Shown piece after piece: positions 18,905 through 27,541 of a stretch of DNA of 64,000 bases (position 1 is its first letter; the number at the start of each line of letters is the position of its first letter). This DNA is from Candidatus Calescibacterium sp. (GTDB taxonomy: Bacteria; Calescibacteriota; Calescibacteriia; Calescibacteriales; Calescibacteriaceae), in assembly GCA_032249135.1 (NCBI GenBank), contig JAVVGL010000002.1, positions 32,001-96,000 of the forward strand, written 5' to 3'. The notes below the pieces were generated by a model. The model worked only from the letters and a program-made list of their open reading frames with translations, did not search any database and was not told where the DNA came from. A program made the position numbers and the translations under genes.

Positions 18905-19178
18905 AATGAAACATAATTTAAGCCTTCGCTTGATATATTTCTACTGAAACCAATTCCTTACCTTTTACAAAAATAAAATTTCAAAACAAAAATACGAAAT
19001 AAAATGTTTCTTCTTTCCTAAAAGGAATATAAATAATTCTATTTTTATTTGTTTTATTTGAAAGTGGAAATAAAAATGCCAAAATAAATAGAATTATAAG
19101 CAAAGATATGAAAATTCTCATTTTTAAAATTTTAAAGTGTTTTGATATCATTAACCTTTAAACTTATCAAAGTAGCTT

Positions 19179-19595
19179 ATGAAAATAGCATTTATATGCA
19201 CAGGTAATTCAGCAAGAAGTCAAATGGCAGAGGGTTTTGCTAAATACTTTGCCAAAATTTACAATAAAAATATAGAAATATATTCAGCAGGCTCAAATCC
19301 AACAGGTTATGTTCATCCCCTTGCTATAAAAGTTATGAAAGAGATTTCCATAGATATTTCAAACCAATATTCAAAATCCTTAAATGAAATTCCATATAAG
19401 GAGTTAAATTTAGTTATTACTGTTTGTGGGGATGCAAAGGAAACATGTCCAGTAATTCCAGGAATTAAAAGAGAGCATTGGGAAATTCCTGACCCTGTTA
19501 AATTTGAAGGCTCGGAAGAGGAAAAATTAAATTATTTTAGAAAAATAAGGGATGAGATTAAGGAGAGAGTAGAGAGGTTGATTTTATCTTTGTAG
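19179..19595 (+). CDS. arsC: Thioredoxin-type arsenate reductase (LMW-PTP fold)
   Basis: FICTGNSARSQMAEG, VITVCGDAKETCPVIP, HWEIPDP. Confidence 0.88.
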   Translation: MKIAFICTGNSARSQMAEGFAKYFAKIYNKNIEIYSAGSNPTGYVHPLAIKVMKEISIDISNQYSKSLNEIPYKELNLVITVCGDAKETCPVIPGIKREHWEIPDPVKFEGSEEEKLNYFRKIRDEIKERVERLILSL

Positions 19596-19618
19596 AAATT
19601 CTCCCTTAAAATTTTCAA

Positions 19619-19981
19619 ATGTTAGCTGAAAATTACAAAGCTAAAATTGTTCAGCACGTAAAGAAAATTGATTATAATGAGAGATTAAATATAGCAAGAA
19701 AATATAATTATAATCTCCATAAAGCACCTTCTGAATTTTTTATTTTAGACTTTTATAATTGTCCTAATGCTTTAAGCGAAGAGCAATATAGTGCTTTATT
19801 TAGAGGTGATGAATCGTATGCGGGCAGTGAAAATTTTATAAATATCTTAAATAATGTGAAGGAGATTTTTAAGAGAAATTTTGTAGTTCCTGTTCATAAT
19901 TTAAGAGGAGCAGAGCATTTAATTTTAAAAGTTAACGAAAATCAAACAAAAAAATTTAATTTTTGCTTTATCCCAACATAA
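19619..19981 (+). pseudogene. Truncated N-terminal fragment of a tryptophanase/tyrosine phenol-lyase-like protein
   Basis: AENYKAKIV, YNYNL, GDESYAGSENF and VPVHNLRGAE align to the first ~105 aa of beta-eliminating lyases (normally ~460 aa). The frame then runs into AT-rich sequence and stops before the PLP lysine. Confidence 0.7.
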
Positions 19982-20043
19982 AAAAGATAAAGAATAAATT
20001 AAAAGAAGGGAAATAAATCAAAAGTAAGGAGGTAATTTAAGTC

Positions 20044-21162
20044 ATGGCAGATGAGAGATCTCAAATCCTTGAAGCTACAATAAAAAGCCTTGAAAAAACT
20101 TACGGCAAAGGAGTAATAATGAGACTCGGAGAAAAAGAAAGTTTGAGAATTCCCGTAGTAACATCCGGTTCTCTTTCAATAGACATAGCAATAGGATGCG
20201 GAGGTTATCCAAAAGGGAGATTCATAGAAATTTTTGGTCCGGAGTCATCTGGGAAAACGACAATAGCTTTGCACGCAATAGCATCAGTTCAAAGGAAAGG
20301 AGGTAATGTAGCTTTTATAGATGCAGAGCACGCACTTGACCCACTATATGCAAAAAATCTGGGAGTAGATGTAAATTCACTTTTAATATCTCAACCAGAT
20401 TATGGTGAACAAGCTTTGGAAATAGCGGAAGAACTTGCATCATCCGGAGCGGTTGACCTTATAGTAATAGATTCAGTAGCAGCACTTGTTCCAAAAAGTG
20501 AACTTGAGGGAGAAATGGGAGATGTTCAAATAGGTTTGCAAGCTCGTCTTATGTCCCAAGCTCTCAGAAAACTTGTCTCAATAATAGGTAGAACACAAAC
20601 AATTATAATCTTCACAAATCAACTCAGACAAAAGATAGCAACAGGTCCGATGTGGGGGGTTCCTGAAACAACAACTGGTGGAACAGCACTGAAATTCTAT
20701 GCATCGGTAAGACTTGACGTAAGAAAAGTGGACATTATAAAGGAAGGTGAAAGAGCAATCGGTTCAAGAGTCAAAATAAAAGTTGCAAAAAATAAAGTTG
20801 CTCCGCCTTTCAGAGAAGCTCTCGTTGACATAATATATGGTCAAGGAATATCTTATGAAGGAGAACTTATAGACCTTGGGGTTGAATACGGAATAATAGA
20901 AAAATCAGGCGCATGGTACTCATACGGAGAAATAAACTTGGGACAAGGGAGAGAACAAGTTAAAAACTTCTTCCAAGAAAATCCTGAAATAGCAAGAGAG
21001 ATAGAAAAGAAAATAAGAGAAAAAGCAGGAATTCCAACAGACGAACTCATTGCTGATTACATATTTGACCAAAGAAAAAATATGGTAACCAAGGAACAAG
21101 AAGAAACTCAACAGGCGGAAAAAAGGGAAAAGAAAACTAAAAAATCAAAAGAGAATGAATAA
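20044..21162 (+). CDS. recA: Recombinase A
   Basis: [54 protein letters not shown]. Confidence 0.99.
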   Translation: MADERSQILEATIKSLEKTYGKGVIMRLGEKESLRIPVVTSGSLSIDIAIGCGGYPKGRFIEIFGPESSGKTTIALHAIASVQRKGGNVAFIDAEHALDPLYAKNLGVDVNSLLISQPDYGEQALEIAEELASSGAVDLIVIDSVAALVPKSELEGEMGDVQIGLQARLMSQALRKLVSIIGRTQTIIIFTNQLRQKIATGPMWGVPETTTGGTALKFYASVRLDVRKVDIIKEGERAIGSRVKIKVAKNKVAPPFREALVDIIYGQGISYEGELIDLGVEYGIIEKSGAWYSYGEINLGQGREQVKNFFQENPEIAREIEKKIREKAGIPTDELIADYIFDQRKNMVTKEQEETQQAEKREKKTKKSKENE

Positions 21163-21211
21163 AGAACTATAAGAGAATTTGGTAAAAAGCACAAGCAAAT
21201 GAGATTAAGAT

Positions 21212-22024
21212 ATGATAGTAAGAAAACCAGCCGTTGCAGGTCTATTTTATCCGTCTGATCCATTAAAACTCGAAAAGAAAGTAAAAGAGCTTTTGGAAAC
21301 AGGAGAAAGCGGAGAAGAAGTTGAAGCATTTGGAGTTATATCTCCGCACGCAGGATATATATACTCAGGAAAAGTCGCAGGAAAAGTTTTTTCGAAGGTA
21401 AAAGTTCCCGATAAAGTTCTTATTTTGTGCCCAAACCATACGGGATACGGCACGGATGTATCTTTGTTTCCAGATGGAGTGTGGGAATTCCCAGGATTTT
21501 CAGTGGAAACAGATAAAGAAATAAACTCTTTTCTCATAAATCAAAGCGAGATTTTTGAATTTGATACAGGAGCTCATCTCAGAGAACATTCAGCAGAAGT
21601 AATAGTTCCATTTTTATATTACAAAAACAGGAAACTAAAAATTTCAATTGTATGCATAAGAACGCTTAACCTAAAAAAACTCAAGAAAATAGGAGAAGCT
21701 ATTTCAAATCTAAAAGACAAATACAACGAAAATTTATTATTTGTTGCATCTTCTGATATGAATCACTACGAGGTAGATGATATATCAAGAAAAAAAGATA
21801 TGATGGCAATAGAAAAAATAAAAAATATAGATCCAGAAGGATTATATGAGGTGGTTTTGGAGAAAAACATATCTATGTGCGGAATATCCCCAGTTCTATC
21901 TTTATTATTTTCAGCAAAAGAAAAAGGAATAAAGAATGCAGAACTTGTAGCATATAGCAACTCCGGTGAAGTAACCCAAGATTTTTCATCAGTTGTCGGA
22001 TACGCAGGAATAGTGATTTACTAA
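21212..22024 (+). CDS. amrB: AmmeMemoRadiSam system protein B (MEMO1 family)
   Basis: RKPAVAGLFYP, PHAGYIYSG, PNHTG, EHSAEV, ASSDMNHY, SMCG, VVGYAG. Confidence 0.92.
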   Translation: MIVRKPAVAGLFYPSDPLKLEKKVKELLETGESGEEVEAFGVISPHAGYIYSGKVAGKVFSKVKVPDKVLILCPNHTGYGTDVSLFPDGVWEFPGFSVETDKEINSFLINQSEIFEFDTGAHLREHSAEVIVPFLYYKNRKLKISIVCIRTLNLKKLKKIGEAISNLKDKYNENLLFVASSDMNHYEVDDISRKKDMMAIEKIKNIDPEGLYEVVLEKNISMCGISPVLSLLFSAKEKGIKNAELVAYSNSGEVTQDFSSVVGYAGIVIY

Positions 22025-22043
22025 CTAAATCTCAATTTTTATT

Positions 22044-22691
22044 TCATGACTTTAACCATGTTCTCAAAGAAAGGAAAATTTTCAACCCATCATCGCTCCC
22101 TAAAAATTTGTAAACAGCTCTTTCAGGATGAGGCATAAGTCCCACAACATTTCCAGATGAAATGCCAGCAATACTATCAAAAGAACCATTTGGATTCTCA
22201 CAATATCTGAAAGTTACTTTTGGCTCCTTATCCTTTTGAGGAAAGTAGTTTCCAAACTTATGAGCAATTGGCAATTTTATCTTTTCACCTTCTTTAAAAG
22301 CACAGGTAAAAGGAGTATCAACATTTTCTACTTTAAGCTCAACCCACCTTGATATAAATTTCGTATTTGCATTCATAATTAAAGCCCCTGGTAAAATTCC
22401 AAGTTCACACAAAATTTGAAAGCCATTGCATATTCCTAAAACAGGATACCCTTTCTGAATAAACTTAATCAAACTATCTACGACGGGAGACAAAGATGCA
22501 AGCTTACCCGCTCTCAAATAATCTCCATAAGAAAATCCTCCCGGTATTATGAAAGAAGAAAACTTATTTAGATTTTTCTCTTCATGCCAGACATATTCGG
22601 CTTCAAGACCTACAAGTTCAACTGCTCTTTTTGTTTCAATATTGCAATTTGTCCCAGGGAATACTAATATTGCAACTCTCGGCTTTGCCAT
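22044..22691 (-). CDS. purQ: FGAM synthase glutaminase subunit
   Basis: FPGTNC, PGGFSYGDYLRAG, GICNGFQIL, GLMPHPER. Confidence 0.96.
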   Translation of the reverse strand: MAKPRVAILVFPGTNCNIETKRAVELVGLEAEYVWHEEKNLNKFSSFIIPGGFSYGDYLRAGKLASLSPVVDSLIKFIQKGYPVLGICNGFQILCELGILPGALIMNANTKFISRWVELKVENVDTPFTCAFKEGEKIKLPIAHKFGNYFPQKDKEPKVTFRYCENPNGSFDSIAGISSGNVVGLMPHPERAVYKFLGSDDGLKIFLSLRTWLKS

Positions 22692-22696
22692 AAAGA

Positions 22697-23347
22697 TTAA
22701 ATTATTTTCCCATTTTCCTCCGCAGCTCTCAAAAGCTCACTTACAAAGTAATCCTCCGGAACCGCACCTTCTATTTCAACTTTCTCATTTATTATAGTTT
22801 TAGGGACTCCATAGACAGAGTACTGTGAAGCAAGATCAGGAAATTCGGTTGCCTCTATCATCTCTGCATATATGTTCTCATTCAAAAGCGCAGCAGAATG
22901 AGCATACTTTACCATTCGCGGACAATACGGACAGGTTGGGGTTACAAAAACCTTTATATTAATAGGAACCTTTATAGAAAGTATTTTCTGTTGAGAAGCA
23001 GGTGACAAGAAACTAACTTTTCTTGATACTTCAATTATATCCTCTATAAGAACTGCAAATTCATAACCTGCTGGAATTCCAAAATATCTTATTCTTTCGT
23101 TCCCTACCAAAATAGCAGGGACCTTATCAATTTTATATTTTTCAACATCTAACTTATCAAGGGCGAAGTTTTTTATTTCAAGTTGAATTTTCTGTGACGT
23201 TTCAGCAAGCTCCTTTAAAAGTTGCTCAGTTTCAGGACAATATTCACAATTTATACTCTGGGTAAAAAGAATAATTTTGACTGGATCTACAAGCTCATTT
23301 CTGAACCGCTGTATGAGAAAGTTTCTATCTTTTTCGTTCAAAAACAT
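22697..23347 (-). CDS. Two-thioredoxin-fold protein disulfide oxidoreductase (PDO/glutaredoxin-like)
   Basis: CEYC and CPYC motifs, GIPAGYEF, YGVPKT, EGAVPE; AGGAGG RBS. Confidence 0.9.
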   Translation of the reverse strand: MFLNEKDRNFLIQRFRNELVDPVKIILFTQSINCEYCPETEQLLKELAETSQKIQLEIKNFALDKLDVEKYKIDKVPAILVGNERIRYFGIPAGYEFAVLIEDIIEVSRKVSFLSPASQQKILSIKVPINIKVFVTPTCPYCPRMVKYAHSAALLNENIYAEMIEATEFPDLASQYSVYGVPKTIINEKVEIEGAVPEDYFVSELLRAAEENGKII

Positions 23348-23536
23348 AACGCAAAACCTCCTATAATTTCATTTTATCAATTATAATGAGAATAGAAGGT
23401 ATTTTCAGTAAATTTGTTATGGGTTGTTGGCAGGCAATAAATAAAATACGGAAGACAAGGAAAAAGTGTGGGAATAAGGAAAAAGTTCGGGAAAATTTTA
23501 AATTTATTTTTTGTTTATCAAAGTTTCAAAACAAGA

Positions 23537-23612
23537 GCGCCCGTAGTTCAGATGGAAGAACGCCGGGTTGCGGACCCGGAGGTCGCGGGTTCGAGTCCCG
23601 CCGGGCGTACCA
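23537..23612 (+). tRNA. tRNA-Arg (anticodon GCG)
   Basis: Cloverleaf GCGCCCG TA GTTC-AGATGGAA-GAAC G CCGGG TT GCG GA CCCGG AGGTC GCGGG TTCGAGT CCCGC CGGGCGT A CCA. Confidence 0.95.
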
Positions 23613-23618
23613 TACTAC

Positions 23619-24479
23619 ATGTTCATATTCATAACCGGAAAAGGTGGAACGGGAAAAAGTTTGGTAAGTGTCATATTATCAAACTTACTTTCAAATAAAG
23701 GCAGAGTAATTCTTTATTTCCCACATAATTTACCCTCCCCTCTTTACTCACTTACATCAAAAAAAGTCAATCTCTATCCTCTTGATTATGAAAAAGAAGC
23801 TAAAGAATATGTCAAACTTAAACTTAAACTATTTGTTTTGTGGGTACCTCTCGTTCGCTCACAAGTATTCAAAGTATTCCAAAAAGTAATCCCGGGATTT
23901 ACCGAGCTTATTTATCTTGGAAAAATGTGGTATGATTGGACAAAAAGAAAAGCAGATTTTTACATATTTGATGCTCTACCAACAGGTCAAATTTTATCTA
24001 TGCTGAATATACCAAAAGCTGGTCTTGAATCCGGAGTAGCTGGTCCTGTTAGATCTGACCTTCAAGGTATGTTTGAATTTGTAAAAAAAATAAATATTAT
24101 AATAGTCTCTTTACCTGAGCAACTTCCATTAGAAGAAACACAAGAAACAGTAAATAAGATGCGAGAAAATGTTTTTTTCCCAAAAGCTATCATTCTCAAT
24201 AAGTTTTACAAAAGCCAAATTCCAGAAGAAGATAAAAAATGGATAAATTCAATCTTAGTTGAAGGTAAGCTCAAAACCAGAGAAAAAAAAGAGCTACTAT
24301 CTTTGCTAAGATTTGACGAATATTTATCTAAAAATTCTCAAAAATTTTTATCAGAATATCTTAAACTTGAGATACCCGTTTATACGATAAATTTTTCCTT
24401 AAATGGAATTACTCCTGAATTTGTTCAGAGTTCGGAAGAAAATCTTGCTCAATCTTCATTATTTTCTCACCTTTCCTGA
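23619..24479 (+). CDS. ArsA/Get3-like P-loop ATPase
   Basis: FITGKGGTGKS, PGFTELIYLGK, FDALPTGQ, LPEQLPLEET, ILNK. The start is moved to ATG 23619 because the ORF-track start lies inside the tRNA. Confidence 0.75.
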   Translation: MFIFITGKGGTGKSLVSVILSNLLSNKGRVILYFPHNLPSPLYSLTSKKVNLYPLDYEKEAKEYVKLKLKLFVLWVPLVRSQVFKVFQKVIPGFTELIYLGKMWYDWTKRKADFYIFDALPTGQILSMLNIPKAGLESGVAGPVRSDLQGMFEFVKKINIIIVSLPEQLPLEETQETVNKMRENVFFPKAIILNKFYKSQIPEEDKKWINSILVEGKLKTREKKELLSLLRFDEYLSKNSQKFLSEYLKLEIPVYTINFSLNGITPEFVQSSEENLAQSSLFSHLS

Positions 24480-24720
24480 CCCATCCAAATTTCTTAAATA
24501 AATATTCAAGGTATTCTCTATCAAGCGTTTTTATAAGTTCTATCTTTTTTTGGAGATCTTCTATTTCTGCTTTGAGATTTTCCTTTTTGATTTCAAGCTC
24601 TTGAATCTTTCTTTTCTGCAAAAAGTAAGTGTATATACCATCAGAAGAAAAGACAAGAAAATAAATGGATAAAAACAAAGATACAAAAAAAGTAAAGAAA
24701 AAAATTTTTGGAATCCTCAT
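24409..24720 (-). CDS. ftsB: Septum formation initiator (FtsB/DivIC family)
   Basis: Short N-terminus, one TM ending FSSDG, coiled coil, YLEYL..KFGWVRKGE. Confidence 0.7.
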   Translation of the reverse strand: MRIPKIFFFTFFVSLFLSIYFLVFSSDGIYTYFLQKRKIQELEIKKENLKAEIEDLQKKIELIKTLDREYLEYLFKKFGWVRKGEKIMKIEQDFLPNSEQIQE

Positions 24721-24957
24721 ATATAAAAGAATTTTAAAAAACATCCAGCCTAAAATAGATGTTCAATTGAAATTCAGCCGACCGAAAGCAAAGAAAACTT
24801 TCTCTTTCATGCTATCTATTAAGTCAAAGTTTAATCAATTGAAAGAGGAACTAATTATAGCCTTTTAGCTAAGACAAATGATACAATTGTGGAATTAAGC
24901 AAAATAAGAACAAAAAATGATTAAAGATTAAAAAAAGAAAAAAATAAAAAAAATAAA

Positions 24958-26760
24958 ATGATTAAGATGAAAATAATAATTATGAATACCAGCAAAATCG
25001 TGGCACTATTCTCTTTATCACTATCCTTTATGCTCTCCTTATTTTTCCTTTCTTGCTCAAAAGATAGCAACAACAAAAACCCTAAATTATCTGAATACGA
25101 AAAGGGAATAAGGTATCTTGAAAGTGGGAATTACTCAGATGCATACAGCACCTTTGAAAATCTTGTAAAGAAGGAAGGAGAAAAACCTGAGTATCTGCTC
25201 GGAATGGTTCTTGCGAGCGTAGCGAGTGAGTTCTCAAAACTTCCTGAAAAAGTTCAAAGAGGTTTGCAGATGTTTTCACCAAAATTTAACCCAGATTTAG
25301 AGAAAATTGATACAAAGCAGGAGCAAAAACTCCCAGGTCTTAATGCAATTTTAGAAACTTTCGCAAAAGACTTGATTTTAGATATGATTGAAACAAACCT
25401 TCCTATTTTAATAAAAGTTTCAGAAAAAATAGATGAAAACTTTGTATTCCCAATCACTTTCTTACCTGTCAATTTCCCTGGAACTCCTTTCGGATTTTTC
25501 GGAAACTGGGGATATGCTGAGGTTAATTATCTTATCAGCATCGGGGCGTATCTTGCGTCCCTCATAAGGTTTCTTCTTTCTGTGAACATAAATGCTCCTA
25601 TATCTTCATATTATGCAGTTAATGAATTTGTAAAAAGCAAAGGAGGATGGGGAATGTTTTTTGGAGACCCTCTGAATGTCGGTTTCAGAGCTATTGCTCA
25701 TCTCCTAAACTCCTCCAACTCAATTTTTACTTTGTGGTCAAAAGAAAACCTCATCAAAGCCAAAGAATATGGATTAATTTCTGTTGAACATCATAAAAAA
25801 ACTTATGAGTCTCTTTTACTAAACTACAAGAAAAGAAACAGAAGGGAAAATTTTGTTGCGTTCTTTGATGAAGAATTCAGAAGAATTCATATGAAAGTTT
25901 ATGTTGGAGGTGAAGTTAAAATCTTAGATTTTGGATTTACCCAAGATTTTGAAACTACAATAAAGAATGCCCAAAGACTCATAGACCATCTCAGAGGTAA
26001 AAATAAAGAACCTATTGAATGCTCACACATATTTGGTGGAATTAATTCCGTAGCTGGTTTCTTTGTTTCATCTGGCTTTATTCTTTCTGCTGCGCAAAGT
26101 AGCCTCAAATCTGGAAGAGGAGAATCTATTGCAAAATTTTTTGAAGGTGCAAAAAATCTTTTGGGAACATTTCTAATTCTTACAAGTATATGTATGGCGG
26201 ATGTTGTTGAGATTGATTTGAATAAACTTGTTGATAATTTTCAAGGTTTGAGAAATTTATTCCCTGTTTGGACATTTACATCACCTCAATTTGACGATTC
26301 AATTTGGTTAGAGTGGGAATGTGGAACTAACTCTCTTAAACCTGATTTTTCTGTTTTGGATCCAGCGGATGGTTATCTCAAATGTTCAAAGAGGGCTCCT
26401 CTGAAAGATTCTAATCATTTTTCTGACCAGACTGTATTAGGAGCTGGTATAACACAGGTTGCAGGAGTGAAAGTCACGAGGTTATCTGAGCCAAGATGTG
26501 AGCAAACATTTGAGGAATGTATAAAACTTTACGGAGGTATAAATCCTTTGCAAGAAGGGATACCAAGAGATGGTCAGTATTCACGGGTTCCTTATTTTTT
26601 ATTTCAGGACCCATCTTTTTATGGGTCATTGTGGATAAATCCGCAGAGGATAGGGGTAAGTTTTTGCGGAGCGCCGATGGAAAGGCATATGCCAGAAGGA
26701 ATAGTAGGTGTATGCGAACTTAACGCTCTGATCTGGTACTTTTATAGCCAACTATTTTGA
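24958..26760 (+). CDS. Hypothetical lipoprotein with an N-terminal TPR-like motif
   Basis: 600-aa ORF with lipobox FLSC, YEKGIRYLESGNYSDAYSTF and a Cys-containing C-terminal region. No family recognised. Confidence 0.65.
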   Translation: MIKMKIIIMNTSKIVALFSLSLSFMLSLFFLSCSKDSNNKNPKLSEYEKGIRYLESGNYSDAYSTFENLVKKEGEKPEYLLGMVLASVASEFSKLPEKVQRGLQMFSPKFNPDLEKIDTKQEQKLPGLNAILETFAKDLILDMIETNLPILIKVSEKIDENFVFPITFLPVNFPGTPFGFFGNWGYAEVNYLISIGAYLASLIRFLLSVNINAPISSYYAVNEFVKSKGGWGMFFGDPLNVGFRAIAHLLNSSNSIFTLWSKENLIKAKEYGLISVEHHKKTYESLLLNYKKRNRRENFVAFFDEEFRRIHMKVYVGGEVKILDFGFTQDFETTIKNAQRLIDHLRGKNKEPIECSHIFGGINSVAGFFVSSGFILSAAQSSLKSGRGESIAKFFEGAKNLLGTFLILTSICMADVVEIDLNKLVDNFQGLRNLFPVWTFTSPQFDDSIWLEWECGTNSLKPDFSVLDPADGYLKCSKRAPLKDSNHFSDQTVLGAGITQVAGVKVTRLSEPRCEQTFEECIKLYGGINPLQEGIPRDGQYSRVPYFLFQDPSFYGSLWINPQRIGVSFCGAPMERHMPEGIVGVCELNALIWYFYSQLF

Positions 26761-26765
26761 GCTGT

Positions 26766-26909
26766 TCATTCTATTGAAAAAAAACTTCTTCTTTTTACTG
26801 CTTCATCAAGGGTTTCAATTTGTCTATCTTTTAGATTTCCAAGAATTCCAAATACTAATTCCAAAGCCAATATTTTCTTTATCCTGCTATAAAGCTCATC
26901 GTTGGAGAT
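26766..26909 (-). pseudogene. Startless coding-like fragment of a small protein
   Basis: Reads ISNDELYSRIKKILALELVFGILGNLKDRQIETLDEAVKRRSFFSIE*, with an in-frame stop shortly upstream and no convincing start. Confidence 0.3.
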
Positions 26910-26982
26910 TTGGCGGTGGAGTATAAGTAAAATTTAATTTTTGAGATAAAATTGCAAGCGATAGAATAAAGAAAGAGTTAGA

Positions 26983-27219
26983 ATGGGAAGAATAAGAAAA
27001 TATCAAGCGTCAAAAAAGGTAAAATACAAAAAAGAGCTAAAAAGGTTTGACCTGATTTTGAAAGAAATTATTTCAAGAGCTGCAAGCAAAATTATCCGGT
27101 TAGCAACTGGTAGAAAAGTAGAAGGCAAAGTCAAAATTTTTCCAGCAGAAATAAGACTTGCAAAATCTTTCTACCCGAGGGAAACCCTCCGCCATCTGAA
27201 TTTAGAACGCCCAAATTAA
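26983..27219 (+). CDS. Small basic hypothetical protein or gene remnant
   Basis: 78-aa ATG ORF, very Lys/Arg-rich, no recognised motif. Confidence 0.3.
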   Translation: MGRIRKYQASKKVKYKKELKRFDLILKEIISRAASKIIRLATGRKVEGKVKIFPAEIRLAKSFYPRETLRHLNLERPN

Positions 27220-27242
27220 CTTTAAAATATGAGGTTTTAGAT

Positions 27243-27461
27243 ATGAAGAAAATAAATCCTGATGTTTTTATAAGGAACCGAAAGCCGGAGGAGGTCATCG
27301 TCGGAATTTCGGCAGGAAAATACAAACAAAAACCAGAGGTATTCAGTAAAGTTGTAAAAAGATTTCAGAGATTGTCCAAGAACTTGGGAAGATTTCATAA
27401 AATTTCTCAAAAATTCAAATTCAAAAACAAAAACTCAAAAAATAAAAAACTCAAAAAATAA
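27243..27461 (+). CDS. Small basic hypothetical protein or gene remnant
   Basis: 72-aa ATG ORF preceded by GAGG; the tail is built from aaaactcaaaaaataa repeats. Confidence 0.3.
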   Translation: MKKINPDVFIRNRKPEEVIVGISAGKYKQKPEVFSKVVKRFQRLSKNLGRFHKISQKFKFKNKNSKNKKLKK

Positions 27462-27541
27462 ATAATCAAACCAATGAAGATATTTTCAAAAGGTTTTTCA
27501 AAATCTTATAAATAGCAACTTAGTTTATAAAATATTTCTGT

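Noticed and set aside
23386..23698. ORF-track ORFs 23386-23634 and 23468-23698, and the 23568 start
   Set aside because: They run through the tRNA-Arg gene and are shadow ORFs.
19179..24479. Arsenic-resistance operon (arsC plus ArsA-like ATPase)
   Set aside because: The genes are 4 kb apart and separated by housekeeping genes, with no arsR/arsB/acr3/arsD. The ATPase is single-domain and has no cysteines for metalloid binding.
24745..24900. Possible transposase C-terminal remnant (SIKSKFNQLK)
   Set aside because: The similarity is too short to support without a search.
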